From Lingula anatina (taxonomy: Eukaryota > Animalia > Brachiopoda): a stretch of 64,000 nt of DNA. How positions within the stretch are numbered: the stretch's first letter is position 1; each line of letters begins with the position of its first letter. Below, in pieces: positions 50,404 through 63,269 of this stretch. The notes under the pieces are model-generated. The model made no database searches and had not been told where the DNA came from. It saw only the letters and a list, made by a program, of their open reading frames with translations. Location of the stretch: positions 2,170,001 to 2,234,000 of the forward strand of contig CM120643.1 of assembly GCA_051362555.1 (NCBI GenBank), read 5' to 3'. The position numbers and the translations under genes were made by a program.

Positions 50404-53130
50404 ATGACTAGACTCAGTCTTCACACGAGATACTTACTCATACATACATGTATTTTGGTTTCCCTGAGGGCGGCCATGTCGGGGAAAACCACAGCAATTG
50501 CAACTCACAAGTGTGTTATCCACATGGATTATGGACCAAGAAACGATACACTTGTAAACTGCAGGCAACGACATCTACGAGCGATTCCAGCCGAATTCCC
50601 GATAACAACAACTACTGCTGATCTCTCATATAATGATTTCAGGCTCATACACGATAAACAGTTTCAGTTCCTGTCCAAACTGAGAAGCTTGCGTCTGAAA
50701 TCGTGCAATATATCATACCTGAATAAGGACGCGTTTTACGGCCTTGACCTTCTAAAAGTCTTGGATTTAAGCGCCAACCGTCTACGACATCCACCTGAAC
50801 AAATATTTAAACCGTTGAAATCTCTTAGGAGTATCAATCTGTCGTATAATAAAGATATTTTTGGATTGTCACTTACATCATCTCTTTTCAAAGGTTTGCA
50901 CCGATTGCGTACCATTGATCTGAGGAAAATTGGATTGCAAAACATTTCAGATGGTGTTTTCGGCACAAGTATGGAGCTCAAAGTGATTCACCTATCATAC
51001 AACAAATTTCAGCATCTTCCAGAAGCAATATTCACCAACTCTAAAATAAGAAATATCCTTCTAGATCATAACCAAATACACGATTGTCGCATTAATATTT
51101 CAACCAGCTTCTTTCGTGAAAGACTTTTCCTGAGTCTGTATTCCAATCGAATTTGGAAGTTATGTAGAGCAGATTTACAACCACTGTCAGTGTTTGGCCA
51201 TCTCAGTCTGGATTTGGGGCGGAACAACATAACACAGATATGTGACAACACTTTTACAGACATAAAGAGCATCGGGGAACTATCAATTTCCTTTAATCCT
51301 CTTTGTAAAACTACACTGCGGCACTCTACTCATCCAGTCAGTGCAGTTAGCTGCAAAGCATTTCAGAATTTTACCTTCAGTTTAAGGAAGAGTAGACTTT
51401 CTACCTTAAATGCGCGACGTATAGGACTGTTCTTTGATAATCTAGATCCGATTACATTCTTTCACCTACAAAATGCATCTCTAAGAAAATTAGATATAGG
51501 ACAGAATCATTTAGGGCGTATGCAACCATTAACTTTTCAATTCCTGACCAATCTTACCGATTTAAAATTAGACAATTGTGGAATCAAGCCCTTTTCACTA
51601 GTAGCTGCTTTAAAGCCCCTCACAAACACGGTTAAAAAGATAGATTTTAGTTACAACAATCTGGATACAAATATTCTTGTTGGTACACTTAACGCATGTC
51701 CACACTTAGCTGAACTCCGTTTTATAAACAAGTTGGATTCCTTTAAACCGCGTAAGCAAATGCATTATTACGCGGAGGATCACTCAAGTATAAAGAGCTT
51801 GGAGTTTAGGCCTAATAAACCAAATGGAATTGAATTTTTTGTCTTCAAAAACTTGTCGTCCTTGGAAAAGCTTACCGTCAATGAACTTAATGGGCTAGCG
51901 TATTCCTTCTTCAATTTGAAAAAACTAAAGCTTCAAGATTTACAACAATTACAGATCTTAGACCTGTCCAGAAACAATGCATACTTACATTGTGACATAC
52001 AGAGCGCAGATTATTTCAAAGGAATGCCGAATCTCCGAGATTTACAAATGCATTATAACAGGCTGTATCTAACCAATGCCCCAACACTCCTCGTTATGTT
52101 CCAATCCCTTTACAATGTGACATATTTAGATTTAAGTAGTAACTTGTTATCGGAACTTCCAGTGGGAATGTTTGACTCTATGGTGCGCCTTAAAACTCTA
52201 CATCTTTCAAGAAACAAACTGCGGACTATTCCCAAGGGACTTTTCAGAAACTTGAATCAACTCCACAGCTTGACGCTCTTCTCTAACTCCATATCCAGCA
52301 TCCAAGATGGCGCCTTCGATGGCTTATTATCGTTACGTGTACTTAAAATGGGCAATAATAAGTTAATCTGTGACTGCAATATGCGGTGGTTTCAGCAATA
52401 TTTTCAAAGACTAGACAATAAGGACTCAGAAGAGTTTTGCTTTGGTACTGCCTCAACACACAAAATTAAAATTTTTGATTTCAAACCTGATTGGTGGCAG
52501 TGTGATAATAACACGACGAAAGTGGCGGTGAGTGCCGTTGGGGTGGTATTATTCATATGTTTTATAGCTGGTATTATTTACTATGCAAGATGGGACATTA
52601 GATTCGCTTTCGTCGTCAGGTTCGGGTGGCGATGCTGTGCGAAGAAACCACAAGATGCTGACGTCAACCTTGTGAAAATATTCGACGCCTTTGTATCTTA
52701 TAGTTTACTAGATACGGCCTGGGTTGCTGCCGAGCTAATCCCAAATCTGGAAAATGACGAACAATTCAATTTTCGTCTTTGTGTCCATGAGCGCAATTTC
52801 CTTCCCGGCAACTCTATTGTAGAAAGTGTTGAAGGCGCCATGGACGGCAGTTACTGTGTCATTTTCTGGATTACTCAAAACTTTCTGGAAAGTGAGGTTT
52901 GTGATTTTGAACTGAATTTGGCCAAGACTAAACTCTTTGGAGGGAGCATTCGCTCGGTTATTTTCATATTTGAAGAACGTTTTGATAAAATCCAACTACC
53001 GCAGCCAATGGGGATTATGATACGACATTGCCAATGTCTTTACTGGCCAGACCTGCGGCTGCGCAAAAGGGACATTTTCTGGAAAAGACTGAAGCTTGCC
53101 TTGTTGGAAAACAGACCAAAAGAAAACTGA
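50404..53130 (+). CDS. Toll-like receptor C (single coding exon, 908 aa)
   Basis: ATG 50404 follows an acceptor-like ttttcag. Signal peptide, LRRs, LRRCT NKLICDC, TM, and TIR with FDAFVSYS, LCVHERNFLPG and FWKRL. Confidence 0.95.
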   Translation: MTRLSLHTRYLLIHTCILVSLRAAMSGKTTAIATHKCVIHMDYGPRNDTLVNCRQRHLRAIPAEFPITTTTADLSYNDFRLIHDKQFQFLSKLRSLRLKSCNISYLNKDAFYGLDLLKVLDLSANRLRHPPEQIFKPLKSLRSINLSYNKDIFGLSLTSSLFKGLHRLRTIDLRKIGLQNISDGVFGTSMELKVIHLSYNKFQHLPEAIFTNSKIRNILLDHNQIHDCRINISTSFFRERLFLSLYSNRIWKLCRADLQPLSVFGHLSLDLGRNNITQICDNTFTDIKSIGELSISFNPLCKTTLRHSTHPVSAVSCKAFQNFTFSLRKSRLSTLNARRIGLFFDNLDPITFFHLQNASLRKLDIGQNHLGRMQPLTFQFLTNLTDLKLDNCGIKPFSLVAALKPLTNTVKKIDFSYNNLDTNILVGTLNACPHLAELRFINKLDSFKPRKQMHYYAEDHSSIKSLEFRPNKPNGIEFFVFKNLSSLEKLTVNELNGLAYSFFNLKKLKLQDLQQLQILDLSRNNAYLHCDIQSADYFKGMPNLRDLQMHYNRLYLTNAPTLLVMFQSLYNVTYLDLSSNLLSELPVGMFDSMVRLKTLHLSRNKLRTIPKGLFRNLNQLHSLTLFSNSISSIQDGAFDGLLSLRVLKMGNNKLICDCNMRWFQQYFQRLDNKDSEEFCFGTASTHKIKIFDFKPDWWQCDNNTTKVAVSAVGVVLFICFIAGIIYYARWDIRFAFVVRFGWRCCAKKPQDADVNLVKIFDAFVSYSLLDTAWVAAELIPNLENDEQFNFRLCVHERNFLPGNSIVESVEGAMDGSYCVIFWITQNFLESEVCDFELNLAKTKLFGGSIRSVIFIFEERFDKIQLPQPMGIMIRHCQCLYWPDLRLRKRDIFWKRLKLALLENRPKEN

Positions 53131-55135
53131 TTGGTTATTTTTGATGTCAGAACATGGTGCCTTTGCTTTATTTATCTTGTTTCTTTTTATTATAAAACTG
53201 TTTTTATACCAAACTGTTGATAACTGCTAGTTTGAAAAAGGTGGTCAGCTTTGTAATATAGAAAAGACATTTGATTTACTTACGTTGCTGACGCACTTTG
53301 TAAATTTAAAGTTCTTGTTATTTTAATGCCATGTAATAGATTTAAAGCTCACATCGTATACCTGTCTCTAAACGCTTGGGTTTACTCAATATCAGACAGA
53401 GATACCTTCGTTTTTATGGAAAAGAGGCTAAAAATAAGTGTTCAGACACTTTTCTACAACATAATCGGACAGAAATTAATTACTGTGCTCAATTCTGCAA
53501 AGGGGCAATCAATGAACATTATAATGTTTAAAACATTACACTGTGCACCGGTAGATGGAGCTACCGACTGCGATAGTAATTAACTGATAATGTATGTGGG
53601 ACATGCATCGTAGATGAGGACATCTGTTGAGTATTTTAAACGATCACCACTTGGCCTCATATTTTAGCCGGGCAGTGACACTCTCAACAATCCGCAAGCT
53701 AGTATATGTACCAGTGCATTGCATTGTATATCCTTCAAAAAGAGCGCTATAACCTTCTGATATTTTCCTAGAAAAGGTGTGTCAAAATTAACGAATAAAT
53801 AATTACAACGTCTGAATGACTTTATTTATAAATATTATGTGAACGGTTGTAATGCAAATTCTATATAGACCTATGAAATGAAAGTTTTCAGGTTCTTTCT
53901 TAAGTGTAATGTAACTATGCGTACATTTTATAGTGTATCAATCTGCAAAAGGGTGCTCATAGACAAGTTTCCCGAAATAAAAGAGCTGTCGCCAGAAAAC
54001 TGGTCTCAATATTTAATCCAAAAATTTTGTTAATGTTGACTAACGATGAATTGGTATGGGATATTGTACCTGTTTTATAACGAGTGGATACATTAGTAGA
54101 TATCGTATCGGGATGTTATCTTTATCTTTAAAAAATTTATTGCAAATGAAAGAGTTCCTGGCAGTCATTTATATTCAAATATGGTAATGGGAGAACATCA
54201 CCAAACTACATGTATTAAGACACCGTGTGCACCCGTGTAACAGGAGTGGTATATAGTCCTAGGAATGGAAGTCCAGGCCTCCACTTTAGATGTATTGTTA
54301 CATAGCCGTCGGCGTTGGCGTGCAGTTGGTTGAAATAGGCCTAATTATAAATAGACGCGACGCGACCTCAAGCGATCGAACGAAGCAAGTGTGGTGGTGA
54401 CAGTGTGAAAGTACAGGGTTTGTTTTTATTACACCAGCATGACGTTTTCATGATTTTACTCGATATTATACGTATTTCACCCTAAAAGCTATTATAGCTA
54501 TTACTTTTAACAAGTGAAGAGTTAATTTTTATTGCAAAAAAAGTCACTGTGGAGTTAGTACACAGTATCTAGGTCGATAGATAAATTGGAAGAGGCCTCT
54601 TATAATTCGATATCTATACTAGGACTTGGAACCCTCTGATTGTTGATGGGTTGAGGGGGCGACAGACAGTGTCTTTTGTTCCACTTCCTCATTGATCTTG
54701 GTGACATAGGCCGCATTCAGAACAGCGGACTAACTAGTCCACCGTTCAAATATAGCCCACCCACTTGAATACTTCCGTATTAGCGGATTAGACGGCAAGC
54801 TATTTTGCCCGCGGAGTAGTTAGCCCGATGTTATGAATGCAGCCATAGTCCCAAAAAGCTAACCTTGACAATCTTACAATACGACTGCCTTTTTTCAGGA
54901 AACCAGATAGACTCGTTGGAGGTTTTAAAGTTACATTGTATGCCCGATACCACTATAAGGACTGCTCAATGGCTACACCAAAAATCAGTTTTTAAAGCAG
55001 AAAGTTGCTTTTGTTGTGGCACTGACCTTCGACAGTAAGATATTCTTAGCTCAAAGTCCGCGGCAGCCACTTTGCTTCTTGTCTCGTCTGCACGAGATAA
55101 CGTCAGCGCAAAGCGGGAAAGGCAGCGCCAGACGG

Positions 55136-55232
55136 CACAGAGCTGTGACGTACGAGACTTGTGACTTCCAAATATGGAGCTCCAGGCGGATACAGCTGTG
55201 ACGTATGAGACCTGTGACTTCCAAATATGGAA
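55136..55232 (+). repeat. ~54-bp tandem duplication (2 units)
   Basis: agctgtgacgta.gagac.tgtgacttccaaatatgga occurs twice. Confidence 0.8.
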
Positions 55233-55735
55233 GCGCCTCAGGCAGAATTTTGCCGAACAAGGCCTCCGCTTCACGCTAGTGGCTAGAGCCAGTTTTACTA
55301 ATATGGGTTACATATGAAATCAAGATCGAGCTTGCAAAACTGAAATCTAGAGCCTAGGGTAAGTGAATATGGCTAAGTAGTTGTTCATCACCCCGCAACG
55401 ACAAACCTCTAGATTAGTCACTGGTTGTGCCTGTGAATGCGTTAGAGAAGACATACAGACGACAGATTGCGTGTCCGTCTTCTCTGAACATATGCCAGTG
55501 TAACGAACCTAAGGGTCCATGAAACAGAGAATCCGTCTTCATTTAGTTATAATGGTAGAGGTAAGCCTGACCTAGGTCAGCCAAAACCATCTAGCTATGA
55601 ACAACGTTTTTTAACGATTTCCTCCTCTTAGGGACTTGCGTTAAGTAAAACCGTGTCGGTGTGAACCGCATTTGATACCATTGTGCTCTTTAACATCATA
55701 GGTGAAGCAAACAATTTCCCACTTACTGATAGTAA

Positions 55736-58700
55736 AGGCTGGGTCACACTGCGCTTGCAACCTTTTGGCAACCTCTTTGCAACCTCAGTCGCAAGAAGGT
55801 TGCCATAGGTTTTAAAGTGGTCGCATTAGGTTGCAAACAGGTCGCCTGCGATCGTTGACACACGAAGGCCATTTTTTTTGCACCGACAACCAGTGCGACT
55901 GATAGTAAAAACGATTGGTAACTGAGAGGTTGCCTATAGGTATCCTCTTGGTTGCCAGTAGGTCGCTGTAACCAGACTAAAACCAGTCGCATACCACCTG
56001 TAACTGCACGGTCGATTGACGGTCTTTAGTCGCTTAGTTGCAAACAGGTTACTAACCGGTTGCAAGCGGTGGGCAGCAGGTCGCCAGCAGGTTGCAGTTG
56101 AAACTTCATGGTCGATTAACGGTCTTTAGTCGCTTGGTCTCTAACAGGTTTCTTACAGCTCGCATGCACTCGAAAACATGTCGCGAGAAGGTTGCAAGCA
56201 ACCGTGATAAAATAAGCGTAGGATGGTGGCCAATAAATATATAAATATCTTTTTCATTTATATAATGCCATTAAGGCCTTCTAAATATCTTGACAAAAAT
56301 CGTTATTTCTCAATTAAAACGTAGATTGTATTTGTTGTCATCTTTTTTAATTTATTTACAAGGTTTTCATAAGTACTTTTTTTTCAATAAAATAAATAAA
56401 TGTATGAGTCCCTATTTAGCTACGGAAGTTGACAATCTATCTGAGCAACAGTGGGCGATATTTCAACAACAGAGCATGGACTTAATTCTAAAAGCACGCA
56501 ACCAAAAGGCGAAACTCAGTTACAGGCCTACATTTTTGTTTACTCCTCATCACCCTCAAGTAAACACATCTTTTCCTTCTCCATTGAACACTTCGGCTTT
56601 AACCATTCTCTCTATCCCAACACCCACTTCTGCTCTTTCTACTCCCGCGTCCACTTCTCAGCATTTGACACCAGGGCACACATGGAGTTTTTATTGATGA
56701 TTTATCATGTTACTAAATGCAGTCTCATAAAAACAGTGTAATTGATAAAGTCTAAGATAAGAATAGTTTTATAATTAAATATTATCTTATTAAGTGCAAC
56801 GTTTTGTTTGTAGCATCAATTGGCTTCCAAGTATAAAATTTACTGAGTCAAAATAAATTGAAAGTTTGAAAAATAAAAGTAAAAGGCAATTTAGTTTGTT
56901 TAACGTGAAGTGATAGTTATTTTTCTATGCAGTTATCAGTGGAATACAAAAGCGTCAAAACAATTAGTATTATAATTAAATATTTTGTTACTTAGTGTAA
57001 CATTTAGTTTGTAGCATCAATTGGCTTCCGAGTATAACATTTAATGAGTCGAAATAAATGGATAATTTTGTTTAATGTTTATTGATAATAATTTTTAAAT
57101 ACAGTTATCAGTGGAATACAAAAGTGCCAAAACAATCAATAATGATGATCACAATGTAAACGTAAACTGTTATCTTTTTATCCATTCCTATATCATGGCT
57201 AATTTCTGACAACTATTGTTGTCAAATTTACTGGAAACATTTTTTAATGACTAAAGCAGCCGGAAATATCTTACTTTTTTAATTTGCCAAGTCACAATGG
57301 AAGAAAAACTAAGGGCCCCTTTACACTGGACGGCGTCCTTTCTGCGTCCAGCAGTCCGGCCCCATTTGAGAGTTAAAATTTTTAAATATTTTACGTGCCG
57401 ACAACTGGCTGACCATTGAGCATTCATTCTGATAAAAAATTAATGCTCGTGCCTCCTTATTAAGACCACAGCGATGCCAAATTTCATGGTCGCAGAAAGG
57501 ACGCCGTCCAGTGTAAAGGGGGTATAAGCAAATAGGCGGGCGCAGAGAAAAAAAGTAAATAGCAAAGTTTGATTCATACTTTTTACGATAAATTTAATTT
57601 TCAGGCATTTTTATAACAATGAAACAGTGTCACCAATATAAAGAAGGTCAAATAAATACAAATTTTAACTTCCTCCCAGTACTTAGAATTCGTACCACAA
57701 GGACGGAAACAAATTGATGACGCGCAGGATCCTTCACTATTTAATGATGTTGTATTGTAAGTGCAACGCTTGGGGCTACAAAGACAAAGGGAAAACCACA
57801 CAATCGGTCGCAAATCAGTTGCTAAGCAGTCGGCGACCTTTTAGCAACCGGTTGGATACCACAAATAGGCTTTTCGGTCGCCAGGAGGTTTTCGGTGCTG
57901 CACCGAAAACCGGCGCGACCGGATAGTAACCCAGCGTTCATTTGGAGACCACGTTGCGAGTTGTTGCAACTTGTCGCCCACCTTTCTGCAACCGGTGACA
58001 GTTGCAAGTCGCAAGGAGGTTTTTTGTTCAGTGTGACCGTAACTGCACAGGCCTTGCGACCTCGAAGAGCCCAAGTATTGAAAAAAGAAACTATGCATGC
58101 CTATTATTACATTAATTAGGCTGAAAAACATCCAAATATGTGTTTTATTACACCACTGGTTTGAATGCCAATATATAGTACAAAATGCCAATATATAGTA
58201 CAAATATATTTCTTATTTATTATTGTAAGTTTGACAATACTGGTAGTACAGAAATCGACTGTGACGTTATAACAGAATCTCATAGCAGAATCATACTTTA
58301 ATATTCAAAATATTAAATCATTTGAAGCTGCTACGGAACGAATCCAATCATTGTATAATAATATTTAAGATATTCCCTCTGTTGTCAGAGGGAAATTTAC
58401 GAGAAGGTAGCTATCGTCACAACTTATAAAATATATATAGTCTGTGCAACCTTGCTGCTACCAGTTGGCAAGCGATCGCTACAGTCCTGCAACCGGTTTT
58501 CAGTCTCCAAGTGGTTGCTGACAGGTTGTTTATCGCTCGCCTAACGGTGTGCGACTGATAACCTCTGACTTGAAGATTGTCTGTACGAGGTTGCAGATAC
58601 CATACTGTAACCTTGTTGCAACCGGTTAGCAACTGCTTGCCGATCAAAATATGCAAATTAGGTCGCAAAGTGATCGCAAGCGACCACCAGATTTTGTGGT

Positions 58701-58746
58701 TGCAAAGAGGTTGCCAAAAGGTTGCAAGCGCAGTGTGACCCAGCCT
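55736..58746. mobile_element. Non-autonomous PIF/Harbinger-type element, 3.0 kb
   Basis: Perfect 49-bp TIR aggctgggtcacactgcgcttgcaaccttttggcaacctctttgcaacc, TAA TSD (55733-35, 58747-49), and subterminal arrays of GGTTGCA/GGTCGC motifs. Confidence 0.9.
57313..57524. mobile_element. Harbinger-type MITE nested in the 3-kb element
   Basis: Same TIR as 28402-28612, with TAA on both sides. Confidence 0.82.
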
Positions 58747-60041
58747 TAAAAGAAATCATCTATCTAGGAGGGTCTGTGCCAGCTTCTCAAACAAGGTCTA
58801 GTGGACATGATGGACTTGAAATTTTATGAGAAGACCATGTTCGGGGCCTGGCGTAGCTCGGTATGAAATGCGGGCCCCCGGCTATCAATTGTATTTGCAT
58901 ATATATATATAAGTGTATATCTAAATTGGCCCTCTCCTTGAAAAGGTAGAAAGTTTCCATTTGAACACGTGTGCACTTACCAAGTCTGTCTGGCACCGTA
59001 GTAACTCCGCCGTCTTGGACAGAGGCAGACACGTGTGTAACTGTTCGAGTTATAGTTTTTTTCTAATTTTCAGAAATAATTTTCAAAAATTGCATTTTAT
59101 TACTGTAAGAGGAAACTCGTAGGTATGGTGGGTGGATGTTTCAATCACGGTGCAGTCGGTAGCTTGCACGGCTGCAAAAATAACTCCAAAGCCGTCAGCA
59201 TCCATAGCAACGGAGAGTCACGAGCTCGAATCCCGAATGACGCACGTCTGTCCGCCACAACAACGACCTGGCCCTTGAATCGGGAAGTCACAGCAATGAA
59301 TGCCGTCTCTCGTGGGTCCACGCAAATTACACTTTGCATGATAAATAAAAATTATCACAGTGATGCATCTATGAAGATATTTCTTCTTTTTAAGATTTAT
59401 TTCTTAAAGATATATACTGTGATTTGATATGAACCTTTAAAATGAAAAACGGTATAGTTTACAAGAGGTGATCGATTTGACATTAACTTTTTGCTTGACA
59501 TTATCATGAACTCTGCATCGTCAATAATACTTCCTTCCTCTTCACCTACAAGTGCTTAAATGATTCTGATGAGGGGAAGCTGACTAAACTCTTCCATTTC
59601 CCAGGAAAGCCACATATCAAACTTGAATTGAGTCAATAACTGGCCAGACATGGTGACATGCACGTCATACTGCCCTGTCATCGAAAAGTGCTATTTGTGA
59701 TAATCAGCAATACTTTTTTTTCAAGAGGCACGTTGCCGCTATTGCTTTGCCCATACACGCATTCTTTTTATGTCCTTTCACTCTTGGACCCCTGCTTATC
59801 AAATCTGTTCATATGATCATACAGTACCCGGGGCAATTCCACAGTGGACAATTCAAATGGCAAAGATTACCCTTCTCAAAAGTAAAACCGTCAAGGTGTG
59901 AAACGCTTTGGATCTCAGCGTGCTCTATAACGCCACAGGTGAAGTCAAACGTACCCTTAATGTAAAACGAAATGAAAATAAAAGCATTAAAGAAGACAGA
60001 CACATCTATCCTAAATAAGGCTTCCGGTTGAACAACATAAC

Positions 60042-60114
60042 CGTTCAATAGTGTAGTGGCTATCACACTCGCCTCACACTCGAGAGGTCCTGGTTTAGAA
60101 CCCCAATTGAACCA
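60042..60114 (+). pseudogene. tRNA-Val(CAC) pseudogene
   Basis: Collinear with the other copies, but G1>C, an anticodon-stem mismatch and T-loop TTTAGAA (B-box damaged). Confidence 0.85.
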
Positions 60115-60611
60115 GTCTAACCATTACTTTTCACAAAAATCGTAATAAAATGCATTTCGCAGAGTTTACTAAATAGATACGCTGAGCAGTGTGGTATTTA
60201 ATGTATTTTCGATCAGTTGATTGCAGTAGCTGCACCTTATGTCTGTTAGATATTCACTGTCCCAATCAACACTCCACGTGACTCTGTTGTTATGTAAGAC
60301 CATGTCATGAAGAAGCGAATTGCAGTTCTGACGTCTAGTATCTTTTGAAAGATTTAAAAATGAAATGTAAGTCTTGGTCATAAATGCACATTGGGTTTGT
60401 GTCTGAAGCAAATTAAGATAACATAGTAGAAATGTGAACAGGTGTAGCTAGGTGTATTGGTTTATGTCCACCTGTCTACCTTGGAAGAAGGGCTACGTTT
60501 CTTAATTGTAACCACTTCTTTCGGCAGTTTTCTTTGGCAGGTTCGCAAATGAGTACAATAGAGCTTAATTACCAGGGCTCTCGAGGAAGGGAATTGAAAA
60601 TTGAAAATATA

Positions 60612-60815
60612 CTGACTTGACATTTAATATGAAATATTTCAGTTTCGAAGGTATACCTAGGTAAAAAATACGTTCTTTTTTCAAAAAACTCCGATCTCAT
60701 ATAAGATTTATGAATGTAATAGTGTGCAGTCAGGTGTGTCAATACCAATTAACTGACTTTCATGCCTGTTGCGCTGCTACATTATGTAAATTGCAGTGAT
60801 TTAATTGGGTACTGC
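60612..60815 (+). mobile_element. Truncated left end of the same Tc1-like family
   Basis: ctgacttgacatttaatatgaaatatttcagtttcgaagg is collinear with 41584-41790. Confidence 0.8.
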
Positions 60816-61109
60816 AGATTTATTCTATGGCCAATTTTTCTTGTGCAATCTTTGTGTATGTCTCAATGGAATATTTCAGCACTTATTTTTTTCTCCATTT
60901 TTAGAATAAATGGCATAAGAATGAATTGTTTTCGCATAAATATTTCAAACAAATATTTATGAACCTGCAAAGATTCTACGGACACAGAACGCACGAGCGC
61001 ACGCTTCAACCTTGTGATGACCTTGCAAATGTCTCACGAGAATCCTACCTCCAAAACAATTTTGACCACTCTGTGTGGCAAGATAATCTTATACTCTGCC
61101 GAACAATGC

Positions 61110-61522
61110 CTGTACTTTCTTTCTACATCTGTTTGAAGATGGATGGAGAGGCCAAGATGGAGCCACCGATCAATGCAGAGAATTTACTTGCTGGAGGAGC
61201 GCTGATCTTGATCTTCATGGTCGGTGGGGCCAGGGCGCAGATCTCCTTCTGCATGCGGTCGGCAATGCCCGGGTACATATGCATGGTGCTGCTTCCAGAC
61301 AGCACGGTGTTGGCGTACAAGTCTTTACGGATGTCCACGTCACATTTCATGATAGAGTTGTAGACGGTCTCATGCACGCCGGCCGACTCCATGCCGAGGA
61401 ACGAAGGCTGGAACATGGCCTCCGGGCACCCAAACCTTTCGTTGCCGATGGTGTCCGTCAGGCAGCTCGTAGCTCTTCTCCGCGGAGCTGGAGGACGCGG
61501 CCGTCAGCATATCCTGCTCGAA
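61110..61522 (-). pseudogene. Actin pseudogene fragment (C-terminal part, no introns in this span)
   Basis: [23 protein letters not shown] / [60 protein letters not shown], with a frameshift after ELPDG and a premature TAG. Confidence 0.93.
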
Positions 61523-62593
61523 GAATAAGCCAGTAAACTAACAAAAGCACGTATACCATGACGTTCAATATTTCAGGAATTAAAGTTGTTGTCTTCAACC
61601 TTACATCTCATTTACAAAATCAACTTTTTTGCTCGGTGGCACGTTTAATAGAAAACGATTTTTCAAACTTGTAAACAATATACCAATCTATTGCCTTGCG
61701 TACAGCAATAAAAAAACTGTTCTTAAAGCAAAAGAGGAATGAAATGTGTACACGCATTCAAAATATGGATGAATTTTCTGCCTTTTACATCCTTCTTTGA
61801 ACAAACAAGACCAACTCCTTCTCATCAGAGACATCCTTTTTTCTAAATATATACTTTTCCTTTCGTTTTCTCTTTCGCTTAGTATGCACGATTCCTTTTA
61901 ATTAGTTGTATTTTATTTCCTCTGTTGTTTGGCATCCCGTAAGTGACTCATTTTGATAAAATACCAAGTGCCAAGTCATGCCACTGAATTCGCTGTAAAC
62001 ACTTTAATTTTTTTTTTCGCTTTTCATCTTTAAAATGATCCATCTATAATGAGATCATAGATACAATGAACTTATAATGTTATTTAATTAATTAATTAAC
62101 GTGATCGGCATTCAGCTCTATCTGAAATGGATTTCAACTTAGGCGACTTTTGTTTATATAAACAATATATACTATTTCGAATGAAATTTTGAATTCAACA
62201 GAAAAGATAGATTATAGGATTTAAAATGATTAATCTTAAGTTCAAACCAGTACTGCTGTTGAGTAGCTATGTAGTCCAAGACGTTTTACCTACTTAACTT
62301 TATTAAATTTACACAAATAACTAAAATGCGCTGACTACAATGTTAACAAACATTTCTTTAACATTAGTTTTTAAAACGGTTTTAGACATCTTGTTCATGG
62401 CTGATATCTCAGTCTGTGTATATCTCTGCGGCAGTCGTGATCTTCTGAAGAATCCTTTTACGTGAGAGCGAAATAATTATGTTATCGAGAGAGAACATGT
62501 GGAAACTGATATGTGGGCGGAAATTCAGTTGAATCGGAAACACATAGTATACCCGTGACTCGTGCAGTGCGGTCTATGACTGTGTTCCCATAC

Positions 62594-62800
62594 CTAGATC
62601 GATCTAACAGGATCGATCCATCTTCAAGGGGCTTATTGTTAAATTGCTTTCAGCTTAAGCAGCTTAGATGTCTGGCACGCCTACTGAAACTGCTAAACGA
62701 TAATTAATTACCCCCTAGCAGCTTCTGTGGGCATGCAAGACATCTAAGCCGATTGCAATTTAGCGAGAATCTCCTTCGAGATACATCGATTCACAGCTAG
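62594..62800. mobile_element. Fold-back MITE-like insertion (half copy at ~22202-22292)
   Basis: aaggggcttattgttaaattg..gcttagatgtctggca is inverted against tgcaagacatctaagc..caatttagcgagaatctcctt. Absent from the paralogous position near 49940. Confidence 0.65.
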
Positions 62801-63269
62801 TACGATAGGGCCTGGAAATGGTTCTTATGTCACATGATAAAGGATGTAATGTCTAACTGAATAACATTTTAGCCCCAACAAAACCGTGTTTGACACTATG
62901 TGAGGAGATCTACTGCGGTAGGTCTTATTACGTATTTTTATCTGGAATATTTCACTTGAGATTACTGATCAAACCAGATCAAACCAGTTGTTGAGTAACG
63001 TAATATACAGTTGTAGCACCGACACAAAGAAAGGGACGCTATTCTTCATAAATCCTTCATAGAGCAGTGAGTAACTGTTGGTTCTCTCTCTTTTATGATT
63101 TTACTTGACACACGTACCTTCGCTCCATTGAGTTTAAATTACATAAAAACATTATTTGAAGAATATTTGATTAAAAATTACAACTGAGGTACTTTATATA
63201 GAAATATAAAGAAATGTAGGAAACGTATGACGTTCACTTGGGCAAATTTGTTCCACTTTCAGCATAACA

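Noticed and set aside
59565-59612. CTGATGAG..GAAA as a hammerhead ribozyme
   Set aside because: Stem II does not close directly onto GAAA, and no convincing stem I/III with a cleavage triplet was found.
59500-59965. Moderately GC-rich, exon-like stretch on minus
   Set aside because: Stops in all frames examined and no family recognised; cannot be supported without a database search.
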